From contig JAWSVN010000038.1 in assembly GCA_033851875.1 (NCBI GenBank), positions 2,914-66,913 on the forward strand: a DNA stretch of 64,000 nucleotides, read 5' to 3'. Source of the DNA: Acidimicrobiales bacterium. GTDB lineage: Bacteria > Actinomycetota > Acidimicrobiia > Acidimicrobiales > SZUA-35. The position numbers and the translations under genes were made by a program. The notes under the pieces were generated by a model. It ran no database searches. It saw only the letters and a list, made by a program, of their open reading frames with translations, and was not told the DNA's origin. The first letter of the stretch is position 1. Each line of letters starts with the position of its first letter. Below are positions 27,234 through 36,250 of the stretch, piece after piece.

Positions 27234-28112
27234 TCAGCGGGGCCAGTTCGTCTCCCCGGCGAATCGCTGGGTGAGGACGAGCACGTTGGCGACGTAGCCC
27301 TCGGAGACCTCCAGCACGCCGTCCCGGTCGACCGAGTTCGGCCCCTGGAAGTACCCGGCGAGCGCGATCTCGACGTCGCCTCCCGAACGATCCAGCAGGT
27401 ATCGCAGGTAGCGGGCGCTGATGCGGATGTTGTCCTCGGGCACGGCGGGGTCGAGGTCGGGCCGACCGATGAACCGTTCCGCCACCCAGGCGCTCGTGGC
27501 CGGCATCAGCTGGCCGATCCCGATCGCCCCGGCCGACGACACGGCGTCGTTCTGCCACCCGGACTCCTGCCAGGCCACGCCCATCAGCAGGTGTGGATCG
27601 ATGCCGTTGCGGCCCGCCCACTCGTGGAACAGGGGCACGTAGCTGCGGCGGACCGGGTCGTTGGCGATCGCGGCGGGCAACGACGCGCTCGGCGTCGCTC
27701 CACCGGGCACCACGAGGGTGGCGCCGGCCCGCACCCGGTGGGGGTCGGTGATCCCGTTGGCCTCCATCAGCGCGCTGAGGCTGACGCCGTGGTCACGAGC
27801 GATGATCGACAGGGTGTCGCCGGGCTGGACCACATGGGTCGTCGACGCTGCGGTCGACCCTGCGGTCGGCAGCTCGAGACGCTGACCGATCCGGATCCGG
27901 TTGGCGTCGGCCAGACCGTTGCGCTCCATCAGATCGCGAACGCTCGCGCCGTGATCGCGAGCGATCTCCGAGAGCGTGTCGCCGGGCTGCACCACGTAGG
28001 GCTCGGCTCGGACGACGCTCGGGGCCACGCCCACCAGCGCCCCCGTCAGGGCCACGGTTGTCACGACACGGCGCGCCCAGGGACGTGCCGACTCCGCCAG
28101 AAGTTCCACCAT
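27234..28112 (-). CDS. Secreted 2xLysM plus lytic transglycosylase (SLT domain) cell-wall hydrolase
   Basis: Signal peptide. Two LysM repeats (YVVQPGDTLSEIARDHG..., HVVQPGDTLSIIARDHG...). SLT core MGVAWQESGW...GIGQLMP with the catalytic Glu context. Confidence 0.85.
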   Translation of the reverse strand: MVELLAESARPWARRVVTTVALTGALVGVAPSVVRAEPYVVQPGDTLSEIARDHGASVRDLMERNGLADANRIRIGQRLELPTAGSTAASTTHVVQPGDTLSIIARDHGVSLSALMEANGITDPHRVRAGATLVVPGGATPSASLPAAIANDPVRRSYVPLFHEWAGRNGIDPHLLMGVAWQESGWQNDAVSSAGAIGIGQLMPATSAWVAERFIGRPDLDPAVPEDNIRISARYLRYLLDRSGGDVEIALAGYFQGPNSVDRDGVLEVSEGYVANVLVLTQRFAGETNWPR

Positions 28113-28180
28113 GAAAGGCCTATCGGCCGACCGATGCCCGCCATGAGGGCACCGGTGCTCTCCGGTGGGGCTCGGGACCC

Positions 28181-29809
28181 TCAGCCGGTGCGCTTGGCCT
28201 CGGCCCGTCGCTCGGCCTCGAGGCGTTCGAGGTCGGCCTCCGACGAGTGGTTGACGTACGTCATCATCTCGGCGATCGCGTGGTGACCGGCTTCGTCCGC
28301 GATCTTGCGGTGCATCTCCTGCACGACCGTCCGGTAGGCGGGGTGGCCCTGGGGCGTCGAGCGGAGCTCCAGCATGTGCATGGCGGCGCGAGCGTTGAGG
28401 TTGAAGTTGAACCGCACCCGATAGGCGAGCGCCACCGCATACGACGCCTGATCACCGAACGGCGGCTCGAGCAACTCGTAGAGTGCGGCGGATCGGCCCA
28501 TGGCGTCGTCGAACTGATCGGTCAGGCCGGCCTCGTCGACGAGTTCGGGCCGGGTGTAGCCGTGGCGGGTGTTGAGGGTCTGCCACTCGACGGTGAGGGT
28601 GCGATGCCGCTGCAGGTCTCGAAAGGCGCCGTAGTCGGCCAGGATGTCGAACCGGTAGAAGGGCCGCTCGGTGGCTCGACCCGGGCGATGCCGGCGATTG
28701 CGTCGCTCGCCGACGTAGGCCCGCACGACCCGCAGGCGGTCGTCGATCGACATGGCTCGCACCTGCTCCTCGATCCGTTGCTCCGACAGGTTGGAGAACG
28801 GGTAGAGCATCGAGGCGACCATCTTCACCTCGGCGTCGGGATCGAAGTCGACGAGCGTCACCCCGGCGGTGGTGTCGGGGGCCTCCGAGGGCAGCAGTTC
28901 CTCGGCCAGGTCGGCCATGTGGAGCCGGTTGTCCGCGAGGTACGTGCTCCATGCCTCGCCCCGGTCGGGGAGGTCAACCCGGCGCACGAACGACGGGATC
29001 ACCTTGCGGAGCTCGGTGAGCATCAGGTCGGCGTAGGTACGGGCCTCGGGCAACGGATGCGACCGCATCCGCAGCAGCAGCTGTTCGTAGGCCTGGCCCG
29101 AGCCGTACATGCCGACGTTGGACTGGGCGGCCGCCGGCAGGACCCCTCGCACGGCGTCGAGGGCCTTGGCCTTCACGGCTTGGCGGTAGATGAAGTCGGA
29201 GTCGCCCGGCGACTTGGGGGTGCTGGCCTTGACGTGCTCCTCGACGATGCCGGCCATCCGGGCGTAGGCGTCGAAGAGGCGGTCCATGTCGCCGATGTAG
29301 CGGGTGCCGACCTCGCTGGCGCAGATCTCGGGGTCGCGGTAGTAGCGATAGCGACCATCGACGCGAGAGTCGTAGGCGATGTAGCGGGTCGACTGCTCGA
29401 GATAGCTGGCGAGGCGCCCCCACTCGAGCACCTTGGTCAGCAGGTTCGACGCCTGCTCGCAGGCGAGGTGGACCCCACCGAGCTGGGCGACCGAGTCGTC
29501 GCCGTACTCGAAGAAGACCTTCTCGTAGAGATCCTCGGCCCGCTGCAGCCCGACCGTGGCGTCGATCGTGGCGTCGCCTTCGATGTCGAGCTCACCGACG
29601 AACTCGTCGAGGAAGAGACGGCGCAGACTCTTGGGGCTCCGGGAGTAGCGGGCGAACAGGGCGCCCTTGACCACTTCCGGGAGGTTCACCAGGGCGAAGA
29701 CCGGCTGGTCGAGATTGGTGAAGTAGCGGCGGAGGATGTCGGCCTCGGCGGGCGTGTATTCCTCGACGACGTAGGCTCCCACGGCGACCGAGCGTATTCG
29801 TTCGACCAC
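28181..29809 (-). CDS. Long-form ThyX-like (Thy1 domain) FAD-dependent thymidylate synthase family protein
   Basis: 542 aa, GTG start. It contains FRDLQRHRTLTVEWQT (the ThyX RHR motif with Thr at the usual Ser position) and an upstream ARYSRS segment. It is about twice the length of canonical ThyX. Confidence 0.7.
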   Translation of the reverse strand: MVERIRSVAVGAYVVEEYTPAEADILRRYFTNLDQPVFALVNLPEVVKGALFARYSRSPKSLRRLFLDEFVGELDIEGDATIDATVGLQRAEDLYEKVFFEYGDDSVAQLGGVHLACEQASNLLTKVLEWGRLASYLEQSTRYIAYDSRVDGRYRYYRDPEICASEVGTRYIGDMDRLFDAYARMAGIVEEHVKASTPKSPGDSDFIYRQAVKAKALDAVRGVLPAAAQSNVGMYGSGQAYEQLLLRMRSHPLPEARTYADLMLTELRKVIPSFVRRVDLPDRGEAWSTYLADNRLHMADLAEELLPSEAPDTTAGVTLVDFDPDAEVKMVASMLYPFSNLSEQRIEEQVRAMSIDDRLRVVRAYVGERRNRRHRPGRATERPFYRFDILADYGAFRDLQRHRTLTVEWQTLNTRHGYTRPELVDEAGLTDQFDDAMGRSAALYELLEPPFGDQASYAVALAYRVRFNFNLNARAAMHMLELRSTPQGHPAYRTVVQEMHRKIADEAGHHAIAEMMTYVNHSSEADLERLEAERRAEAKRTG

Positions 29810-29825
29810 GCGTCCGGGTGGATTG

Positions 29826-30410
29826 TCAGACGACGAGCGCGAAACGGTCGGTCTCGAGACGGCACCGGAGCCGGCGAGCGGTGCCGACCCGCACCCCGTC
29901 GACCCACACCGGCGTTGCGCTCGGCGCCTCCCATTCGAGGGTGGCGGCCCGGCGGGACGTGAGCGCCGGGTGCGGGAGATGGGTCCCCGATGGCGCCCGC
30001 CGACGGGCTTCGAGGCGGTCCCGGAGACCGAGTCGGCCGAACGTGGCGTCGAGGCGGTCGTCGTTGGGGTGGGCCCGGGGGCCGAGGTACCAGTCGCCGA
30101 GCCAGGCGGCGTTCATCGCGACGAACGCGTCTCCCCGCCACCAGCGCCGGTGGGCGACCACGTGGGCCACGAAGGGTTGCTCGGCACGGTCGTCGAGCTG
30201 GACCCAGCCGAGGTCGATGGGCAGGAACTGGCTCTCCGGCCGCACCTGATCGCTGCCGCCGACGGTGGTGAGCAGGTCGCCGGACCGCACCCGGAAGGGC
30301 CCCGGCGAGGCGACCGCCCGCCGGGCGAGGTCGGCGTCGTCGGCGGCGACGATCAGGTCGTCGGGCGGGGGCCCGGCGTGGCCCCAGGCCTCACCCTTGC
30401 GGATCGGCAT
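29826..30410 (-). CDS. Hypothetical protein downstream of helY
   Basis: Trimmed to ATG 30410. It overlaps the helY 3' end by 20 nt. Composition is protein-like, with no motif I can name. Confidence 0.45.
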   Translation of the reverse strand: MPIRKGEAWGHAGPPPDDLIVAADDADLARRAVASPGPFRVRSGDLLTTVGGSDQVRPESQFLPIDLGWVQLDDRAEQPFVAHVVAHRRWWRGDAFVAMNAAWLGDWYLGPRAHPNDDRLDATFGRLGLRDRLEARRRAPSGTHLPHPALTSRRAATLEWEAPSATPVWVDGVRVGTARRLRCRLETDRFALVV

Positions 30411-33048
30411 CGTCAGCAGGGCCGGCGCCCGACTCGTCGTCCTCGGCATGCACTTCGGTCGAGGCGGCGACGAGGCCACGGTGGAAGGCGTCGGCGGCCA
30501 CGCCGGCGGCCCGACCGGTGTCGGGGACCGGTGCCAGGATCGCCACCTGGCGCAGCAGGTCGATCAGGAGCCGGGACGTGCGTACGAAGTCGCCGGGGGT
30601 GAGTTCCTCGTCGTCGAGCACGTCGTCGAGGTCGCCGCCCGACGCCCAGGCGTGGGCGATGCCCATGAAGCCGGCATCGGGGCGGCGGGTCTCGGGCAGG
30701 TGGCGGAGCCGTTCGGCCTTGTTGAGGTCTCGGTGTGCCTTGGTGAGGGCGCCGAATCGTCGACGCAGGGTCCCGGTCGGGAACCACGGCTCGGTCCGGG
30801 GCCCGGAGCGACGCTCCTCGAAGACGACCGCCGACACCAGGGCCGCCACCTCGGCCGGGCCGAGGCCGTCGAACAGGCCGTCGATCAGGGCCTCGGCGAG
30901 GAGGAGGTCGCACTCGTGGTAGATGCGAGCCAGGCGCTGTCCGGAGTCGGTCAGCTCCCAGCCGTCGAGATGCCCGCGGTCGTCGAGCAGGTCGATCACA
31001 CGGTCGAACTGCACGCCGAGCGACGCCTGTCGTTCGGCCACCTGGAGGCGTTGGCGCTCCAGGTCGTGCTCCATCTGGTCGAGTCGCCGCAGCAGCCGAC
31101 GGGCCTGGGCCGGGACCTCCTCGACCGACAGCGGTCCGCCGTCGGGTCGGCGCGCCCGCGTGGAGCGTCGGGAGGTGTCGAGGCCCTTGGCCAGTTCGAA
31201 CAAAAACGTCGTCGAGGTCGGCAGATAGGGCTCGGGCACGGCGACCGAACCGACCACCTCGGGAGCCTCGTCGAGCAGGTCGGCCGAGATCTCGTAGGTT
31301 TCAACCTCCGCGTCGACGGTCACGACCTTCACCCGCTTGCCCTTGCGGTAGGCCACCGAGACCACCACCTGAGGGCTCGGCAGCGCCGCTCCCCCGCCGG
31401 GCACGCCACCGTCGAGACGCACGACGTCGCCGGGTGACAGCTGGCTGAGGGCGTACTGGATCTCCTGGGCGTCGCGGTCGGCCACCTGGGGGGTGGCCAG
31501 GGCGGCCCGCAGGTCGTCGACCGGGCCGTACTCCCGCTCGATGCGTCGGGTGAGCTGGCGGTGGCGGTCGCGGAGCTTCTCGTTGCGCTTCTCGCTGCGC
31601 ACCACATCGGCGTCGGACCGGAACTGGGCGAAGCTGAGATCGAGGAGCTGGCGGGCGCGGTCCTGGTCGTAGCGGCGGACCAGGTTGGCGGCCATGTTGT
31701 AGGTCGGCCGGAACGCCGAGCGCAGCACGAACTGCTTCGACGAGGCGAGGTCGGCGACCTGTTCGAAGCGGACCCACGGCGACCACAACACGACGGCGTG
31801 GCCCTTGGGGTCGATGCCACGGCGGCCGGCCCGGCCGGTGAGCTGGGTGTATTGGGCCGGCGTCAGGAACTCGTGGTGCTCGCCGGTGAACTTGGTGAGC
31901 TTGTCGATGACGACGGTGCGAGCCGGCATGTTGATGCCCAGCGCCAGGGTCTCGGTGGCGTAGACCATCTTCACGAGGCCCCGCACGAAGCATGCCTCGA
32001 CCGCTTCCTTGAGGGGCGGGACCATTCCGGCGTGGTGGGGGGCGACGCCGGCCTCGAGGGCGCCGAGGAACTCGTCGTAGCGCAGCACGTCGCGATCGGC
32101 GGCCGAGAGCGACGCCACGTGATCGGCGGCGATCTCGCGGATCTGTTCACGTTCGGCCGACGTCGTCAGCACCAGGCCGCTGTCGTAGACGGCCTTGGCC
32201 GACTCCGAGCAGCCGGCACGGCTGAAGATGAAGTGGATGGCGGGCAAGAGCTCTCGCTGGCGGAGCTCCCGCACGATGTCGAGCCGCCGGGGCGTGGACC
32301 ACTTCGGTCGCGGTGCCCGCTTGCCCTTGACGGCCCCGCCTCGCTGTCGGCCCCGGCGCCGGGGGTCGGCGTCGAACCGGAAGCCCTTGGCGTTGGCCTT
32401 GCCACCGTGGAGGGTCTTCAGCAGATGAAGCCGCTCGCCCGACCGCTCCCCCACCAGGTAGAGGTTCTCGAGCTCGACGGGCCGGCGGTGTTCGGCGACG
32501 AGGTCGGTGGCGCCCCGCACGGTCGTCATCCAGGCGGCGAGTTCGTCGCCGTTCGACACGGTGGCCGACAGCGCCAGGAGCTGGATGCGGTGCGGTAGGT
32601 GGATGATGACCTCCTCCCACACCGGCCCCCGGTAGCTGTCCTGCAGGTAGTGGACCTCGTCGAGCACGACGGTGCCGAGCGCCGGGAGGCTGCGCCCGGC
32701 GTAGAGCATGTTGCGCAGGACCTCGGTGGTCATCACCACGATCGGGGCCTCGCCGTTGATCGAGTTGTCGCCGGTGAGCAGGCCGACCTGGTCGGCGCCG
32801 TGGTCGGCGACGAAGTCGTGGAACTTCTGGTTCGACAGCGCCTTGATCGGGGTCGTGTAGAAGAGCCGTTGACCGGCCTCGAGCACCCGCTCGACGGCGT
32901 AGTCGGCCACGAGGGTCTTGCCCGACCCCGTCGGCGCCGCCACGATCACGTTGCGACCGTCGTCGAGGGCGTCGAACGCCTCGAACTGGAAGCGGTCCGG
33001 CTCGAAGTCGAGGCGACGGAGGAACCGCTCGCGAGCAGCCGAACTCAC
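30391..33048 (-). CDS. helY: Ski2-like DEAD/DEAH-box RNA helicase HelY
   Basis: Track ORF 30391..33786 trimmed to GTG 33048, which overlaps the tatC stop as GTGA. Motifs AAPTGSGKT, DEVH, SAT, HHAGM and TETLALGINMPA. C-terminal DSHCT-like region. Confidence 0.9.
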   Translation of the reverse strand: MSSAARERFLRRLDFEPDRFQFEAFDALDDGRNVIVAAPTGSGKTLVADYAVERVLEAGQRLFYTTPIKALSNQKFHDFVADHGADQVGLLTGDNSINGEAPIVVMTTEVLRNMLYAGRSLPALGTVVLDEVHYLQDSYRGPVWEEVIIHLPHRIQLLALSATVSNGDELAAWMTTVRGATDLVAEHRRPVELENLYLVGERSGERLHLLKTLHGGKANAKGFRFDADPRRRGRQRGGAVKGKRAPRPKWSTPRRLDIVRELRQRELLPAIHFIFSRAGCSESAKAVYDSGLVLTTSAEREQIREIAADHVASLSAADRDVLRYDEFLGALEAGVAPHHAGMVPPLKEAVEACFVRGLVKMVYATETLALGINMPARTVVIDKLTKFTGEHHEFLTPAQYTQLTGRAGRRGIDPKGHAVVLWSPWVRFEQVADLASSKQFVLRSAFRPTYNMAANLVRRYDQDRARQLLDLSFAQFRSDADVVRSEKRNEKLRDRHRQLTRRIEREYGPVDDLRAALATPQVADRDAQEIQYALSQLSPGDVVRLDGGVPGGGAALPSPQVVVSVAYRKGKRVKVVTVDAEVETYEISADLLDEAPEVVGSVAVPEPYLPTSTTFLFELAKGLDTSRRSTRARRPDGGPLSVEEVPAQARRLLRRLDQMEHDLERQRLQVAERQASLGVQFDRVIDLLDDRGHLDGWELTDSGQRLARIYHECDLLLAEALIDGLFDGLGPAEVAALVSAVVFEERRSGPRTEPWFPTGTLRRRFGALTKAHRDLNKAERLRHLPETRRPDAGFMGIAHAWASGGDLDDVLDDEELTPGDFVRTSRLLIDLLRQVAILAPVPDTGRAAGVAADAFHRGLVAASTEVHAEDDESGAGPADDADPQG

Positions 33049-33890
33049 GCCTGGGCCAGCTGACGCTTCTTCGTCATCCGTCCGCCGATGATCAGCGACA
33101 GTTCGTAGAACACGTACATCGGGATGCCGAGCGCCCCCAGCGTGAAGGGGTCGCCGGTCGGGGTGATGATGGCGGCCGCGATCACGACGAGCACGATCGC
33201 CACCCGACGATTGCGGCGCAGGGTGGCCGTCTGCACCAGGCCGGTGAGCTGGAGGAAGACCAGGATGAGCGGCAGCTCGAAGGCGAGCCCGAACGCAAGC
33301 ACCATCTTGACGAAGAAATCGAGGTACTCCTGGGGCGAGAAGAACGCCTGGAACCGGTCGGAGCCGAACTCGGTGGTGAGGACCTCGAGGGCTCGGGGCA
33401 GGAACAGGTAGCCGAGCGTCATGCCGGCGAACAGCAGGATCACCGACATCGCGAAGAAGGGCAGGACCGCCTTCTTCTCGTGGGGGTAGAGGCCCGGCAG
33501 CACGAAGCGGCCGATCTGATAGAGGATCACCGGCAGCGCCAGGATCAGACCGCCGTAGCCCGACATCGTCAGCTGGACGCTGAACCCCTCGAGGGGGCGG
33601 GTCATCAGGAAGTTGCAGTCGGCGTCCTCGAGAGCGGCCGCCTCGGCGTCGCCGAGTTCCAGCTCCGCGATCAGGACCGACACGTCGTCGCTGCGGAGAC
33701 TGCAATAGGGCTCGGACAGGAAGTCGAAGATCGGGTCGAAGAACACCCACACGGCGATGGCGCCGAGGACGACCGCGATCACGCACCGGATCAGGCGCGT
33801 ACGGAGCTCGGTCAGGTGTTCGATCAGGCTCATGTCACCGGCAGCCCCCGAGGGCGACGGCGAGTCGGATCGCTTCAACGGATTCCTCAC
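33045..33890 (-). CDS. tatC: Twin-arginine translocase subunit TatC
   Basis: MSLIEHLTELRTRLI..., 6 TM segments, classic TatC N-terminus. GTG at 33890 overlaps the tatA stop (GTGA). Confidence 0.9.
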   Translation of the reverse strand: MRNPLKRSDSPSPSGAAGDMSLIEHLTELRTRLIRCVIAVVLGAIAVWVFFDPIFDFLSEPYCSLRSDDVSVLIAELELGDAEAAALEDADCNFLMTRPLEGFSVQLTMSGYGGLILALPVILYQIGRFVLPGLYPHEKKAVLPFFAMSVILLFAGMTLGYLFLPRALEVLTTEFGSDRFQAFFSPQEYLDFFVKMVLAFGLAFELPLILVFLQLTGLVQTATLRRNRRVAIVLVVIAAAIITPTGDPFTLGALGIPMYVFYELSLIIGGRMTKKRQLAQA

Positions 33891-34351
33891 GCCGCCTCAC
33901 CGCCGGTCGGGCGTTCATCGGCGACGGGGTCGGGATCCGCCGACCCACCGGCGTGGTCCGGCTCGCCCGCATCGACGGGCGCCGACTCGTCGGTCGCCGG
34001 CTCGTCGTACTTCGTCACCCCAGGGGTGTCGCCCGGCAGCTCCACCGGAGCCGACACCGGCTTCCGGGGCAGGATCGGGTCATCGGCTGTGCCGGCGCCG
34101 CGACGAGGCGTCTCCGACGACCAGTTGCGTGGATCCATCTCCTCGGCGCCGGCCATGAACTCGTTGCGCACGCTGTCGCCCATCGACTTGATCTGGGCGG
34201 CATAGCGGCCGGCCTTGCGCAGGAGCCCCGGCAGTTGTTCGGGGCCGACGACGACGAGGGCGACGATGGCGATCACGAGGATCTCCCCACCGCCGACGTT
34301 GCCGACGAAGGCGACCAGGGGCTGCCCGCCTTCTCCGAAGATGCTCAGCAC
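33887..34351 (-). CDS. tatA: Twin-arginine translocase TatA/TatB-family protein
   Basis: GGGEILVIAIVALVVVGPEQLPGLLRKAGRYAAQIK is the TatA/B TM plus amphipathic helix signature. Long acidic/Pro-rich tail. The exact start is uncertain (the track start is GTG 34351). Confidence 0.8.
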   Translation of the reverse strand: MLSIFGEGGQPLVAFVGNVGGGEILVIAIVALVVVGPEQLPGLLRKAGRYAAQIKSMGDSVRNEFMAGAEEMDPRNWSSETPRRGAGTADDPILPRKPVSAPVELPGDTPGVTKYDEPATDESAPVDAGEPDHAGGSADPDPVADERPTGGEAA

Positions 34352-34376
34352 GTCACCAGCCTACCGAACGCGTTCC

Positions 34377-34400
34377 GACCGCCGGGTAACCCCGGCGGTC
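34377..34400 (-). terminator. Perfect GC-rich hairpin GACCGCCGGG-TAAC-CCCGGCGGTC between the zinc-ribbon gene and tatA
   Basis: 10-bp perfect stem with a 4-nt loop, read directly. A second 6-bp hairpin lies at 34425-34441. There is no U-tract, so it may be an intrinsic terminator or an RNA processing/stability element. Confidence 0.4.
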
Positions 34401-34453
34401 GGATCAGGGAGATCATCGGTCACCGGACGGCGAGGCCGTCCGGATCGAGTCGC

Positions 34454-34783
34454 TCAGCGAGTGAACTCGGCGAGCGCCTGCTCGAGAGCGTTGTCGTCGT
34501 GGAGCAGGTCGTGGAAGTCGAGCAGATCGTCGTGATCGATCGGTTCGCCCGTCTTCGATTCCTTCAGCTCGGCGGGAAGCCGCCAGGTGGTGAAAGCAAC
34601 ACCGCTCGCCACCAGCAGGTCGATCGTCCGGTTCTCGGCCGGCTTCACCACGATCATCTGGCAGTGGGGGCACCGGAAGGAGTAGGTACCCGTGTTGTTG
34701 TCGTCACAAATGCGAACCTTCACGTCCGCGGTCGTGAGTTCCACGTCTCCGCAGTCTGTGCAGCTCGCTCGAATAGTCGCCAC
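34454..34783 (-). CDS. Small zinc-ribbon protein (CxxC...CPHC), conserved hypothetical
   Basis: 109 aa from GTG 34783, preceded by GGAGGAG at about -7 to -13. SCTDCGDVE...FRCPHCQ. The rest of the 551-aa track ORF is antisense shadow of the GDPD and RNase genes. Confidence 0.7.
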   Translation of the reverse strand: MATIRASCTDCGDVELTTADVKVRICDDNNTGTYSFRCPHCQMIVVKPAENRTIDLLVASGVAFTTWRLPAELKESKTGEPIDHDDLLDFHDLLHDDNALEQALAEFTR

Positions 34784-34942
34784 GAAGGCTCCTCCTACCC
34801 ACTCGTCGTTCTGATGAGAGATTCGGCAGGAGGGGCGGCCCTCTTGAGGGAATGGGACAAGAGAACCGACTCTCCTGCCCCGGCCCGAAGATTCTGGCCG
34901 GTCCGTTGATGCGGGAGGTGGATCCCCGCCAGGATTGTCGCC

Positions 34943-35653
34943 GTGCCTCCCCGCCTCCCCCCACTCCTCGACCCTCCGATCGGGTTCGCCCACCGCGGCG
35001 CCAGGGCCCACACCAGGGAAAACACCCTCGAGGCGTTCGAGTTGGCACTCCGCCTGGGGGCCACCGGACTCGAGTCCGACGTGTGGGTCACCGCCGATGG
35101 CGTGGCCGTTCTCGACCACGACGGCGTGGTCGGGTCGTGGCCGCGCCGTCGACCGATGGCATCGGTCACTGCAGCCGATCGCCCGGACCACATCCCGACG
35201 CTGGCCGACTTCTACGACCTGGTCGGCGACGAGATCCCGGTCTCCCTCGACGTGAAGGACGACGCAGCCTTCGCCGCCACGGTGGCGACGGCACGGCAGT
35301 TCGGGGCCGAAGAACAGCTCTGGTTGTGCCACCACGAGCTCGAGGTGTTGCGGGGATGGCGTCACGAGACGACGGCCCGACTGGTCGACTCGACGCGACT
35401 GCACCGGATCAAGGAGGGCCCCGAGCGCCGAGCGGCCCGGCTCCAGGAGCTCGGGATCGACGCCGTCAATCTCCGTCAGACCGACTGGACCGGCGGCCTG
35501 GTGACCCTGTTCCACCGCTTCGAACGCGTGGCCTTCGGGTGGGACGCCCAGCAGCCTCGCGAGATCGCCGAGCTGGTCGATATCGGAATCGACGGCGTGT
35601 TCAGCGACCACGTCGACCGACTCCACGCCGTGTTCAGCCAGTTCTTCGACTGA
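34943..35653 (+). CDS. Glycerophosphodiester phosphodiesterase (GDPD family)
   Basis: IGFAHRGARAHTRENTLEAFELALRLGATGLESDVWVTADGVAVLDHD is the GDPD catalytic N-terminal signature (HR...EN...E.D). Confidence 0.85.
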   Translation: MPPRLPPLLDPPIGFAHRGARAHTRENTLEAFELALRLGATGLESDVWVTADGVAVLDHDGVVGSWPRRRPMASVTAADRPDHIPTLADFYDLVGDEIPVSLDVKDDAAFAATVATARQFGAEEQLWLCHHELEVLRGWRHETTARLVDSTRLHRIKEGPERRAARLQELGIDAVNLRQTDWTGGLVTLFHRFERVAFGWDAQQPREIAELVDIGIDGVFSDHVDRLHAVFSQFFD

Positions 35654-35671
35654 CCGGCCCACACTGGGCCC

Positions 35672-36250
35672 ATGAAGTCTCTTGACCGGCGCACCCTCCT
35701 TCTCGTCGCCGCCGTCCTCATCGTCGGCCTGCTCTCGTCGCGCTTCGGCGGTGACGACGTAGCCGACACGGCCGATCCGGCAGTCACCGAGTCGGCGCCC
35801 ACCACCGAGGGGTCGGTGCTCGTCATCTCGACCACCGACGACGCCTCCGGCGGCGACACCACCGACACCGCGGGGGACGACACCGGTTCCACCACGTCGG
35901 TGGCCGTGGCGCACCCGCCGACCATCCTCGAGCCGCAGCTGCTGGTGTCGCCGATCTCGAACCTGCCGACCGTCACGATCGACGCCCTCCCGCCCGAGGC
36001 GATCGACACCCTCTGGCTGATCGACGGCGGCGGCCCATACCCGTTCGACCGCGACGACCTCACGTTCCAGAACCGGGAGGCCATCCTGCCCGACCGTCAA
36101 CGGGGCCACTATGCCGAGTACACGGTGATCACCCCCGGCTCACCCGACCGCGGGGCTCGACGGATCGTCGCCGGCGATGACGGCGAGCGGTACTACACCT
36201 CCGACCACTACGCGTCGTTCGTCGAGGTGATCGCGAGCGAGGGCTCATGA
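35672..36250 (+). CDS. Secreted guanyl-specific ribonuclease, RNase Sa/barnase (microbial N1/T1) family
   Basis: Signal/TM anchor and Thr/Asp-rich linker. The C-terminal domain LPPEAIDTLWLIDGGGPYPFDRDDLTFQNREAILP...YAEYTVITPGSPDRGARRIV...YYTSDHYASF aligns by eye with RNase Sa, including the catalytic Glu, Arg and His positions. Confidence 0.88.
   Translation: MKSLDRRTLLLVAAVLIVGLLSSRFGGDDVADTADPAVTESAPTTEGSVLVISTTDDASGGDTTDTAGDDTGSTTSVAVAHPPTILEPQLLVSPISNLPTVTIDALPPEAIDTLWLIDGGGPYPFDRDDLTFQNREAILPDRQRGHYAEYTVITPGSPDRGARRIVAGDDGERYYTSDHYASFVEVIASEGS

Noticed and set aside
26647-27297. Plus-strand ORF encoding long poly-Ser runs (SSSSSSSSSS...).
   Set aside because: It is the antisense frame of the poly-Asp/Glu (GAC/GAG-rich) N-terminus of the DUF4193 gene, so it is a mirror artefact of that low-complexity coding tract.
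28113-28183. c-di-AMP (ydaO-type) riboswitch upstream of the LysM-SLT cell-wall hydrolase, as is common for actinobacterial rpf/hydrolase genes.
   Set aside because: Only ~68 nt separate the hydrolase start from the ThyX-like stop, which is too short for the ~130-nt pseudo-two-fold ydaO fold. The hairpins present look like a terminator for the upstream gene.
33049-33786. N-terminal 246-aa extension of the helY track ORF (30391..33786). Similar extensions occur on metA (to 14596), the dioxygenase (to 13680), pafC (to 38815), pup (to 49689), dapD (from 41546), gcvH (to 62443) and the zinc-ribbon gene (to 36109).
   Set aside because: The extensions overlap well-supported neighbouring genes in another frame and are Arg/Pro-rich. 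The family-typical N-termini, RBS-like sequences or stop/start overlaps occur at the internal starts I used.
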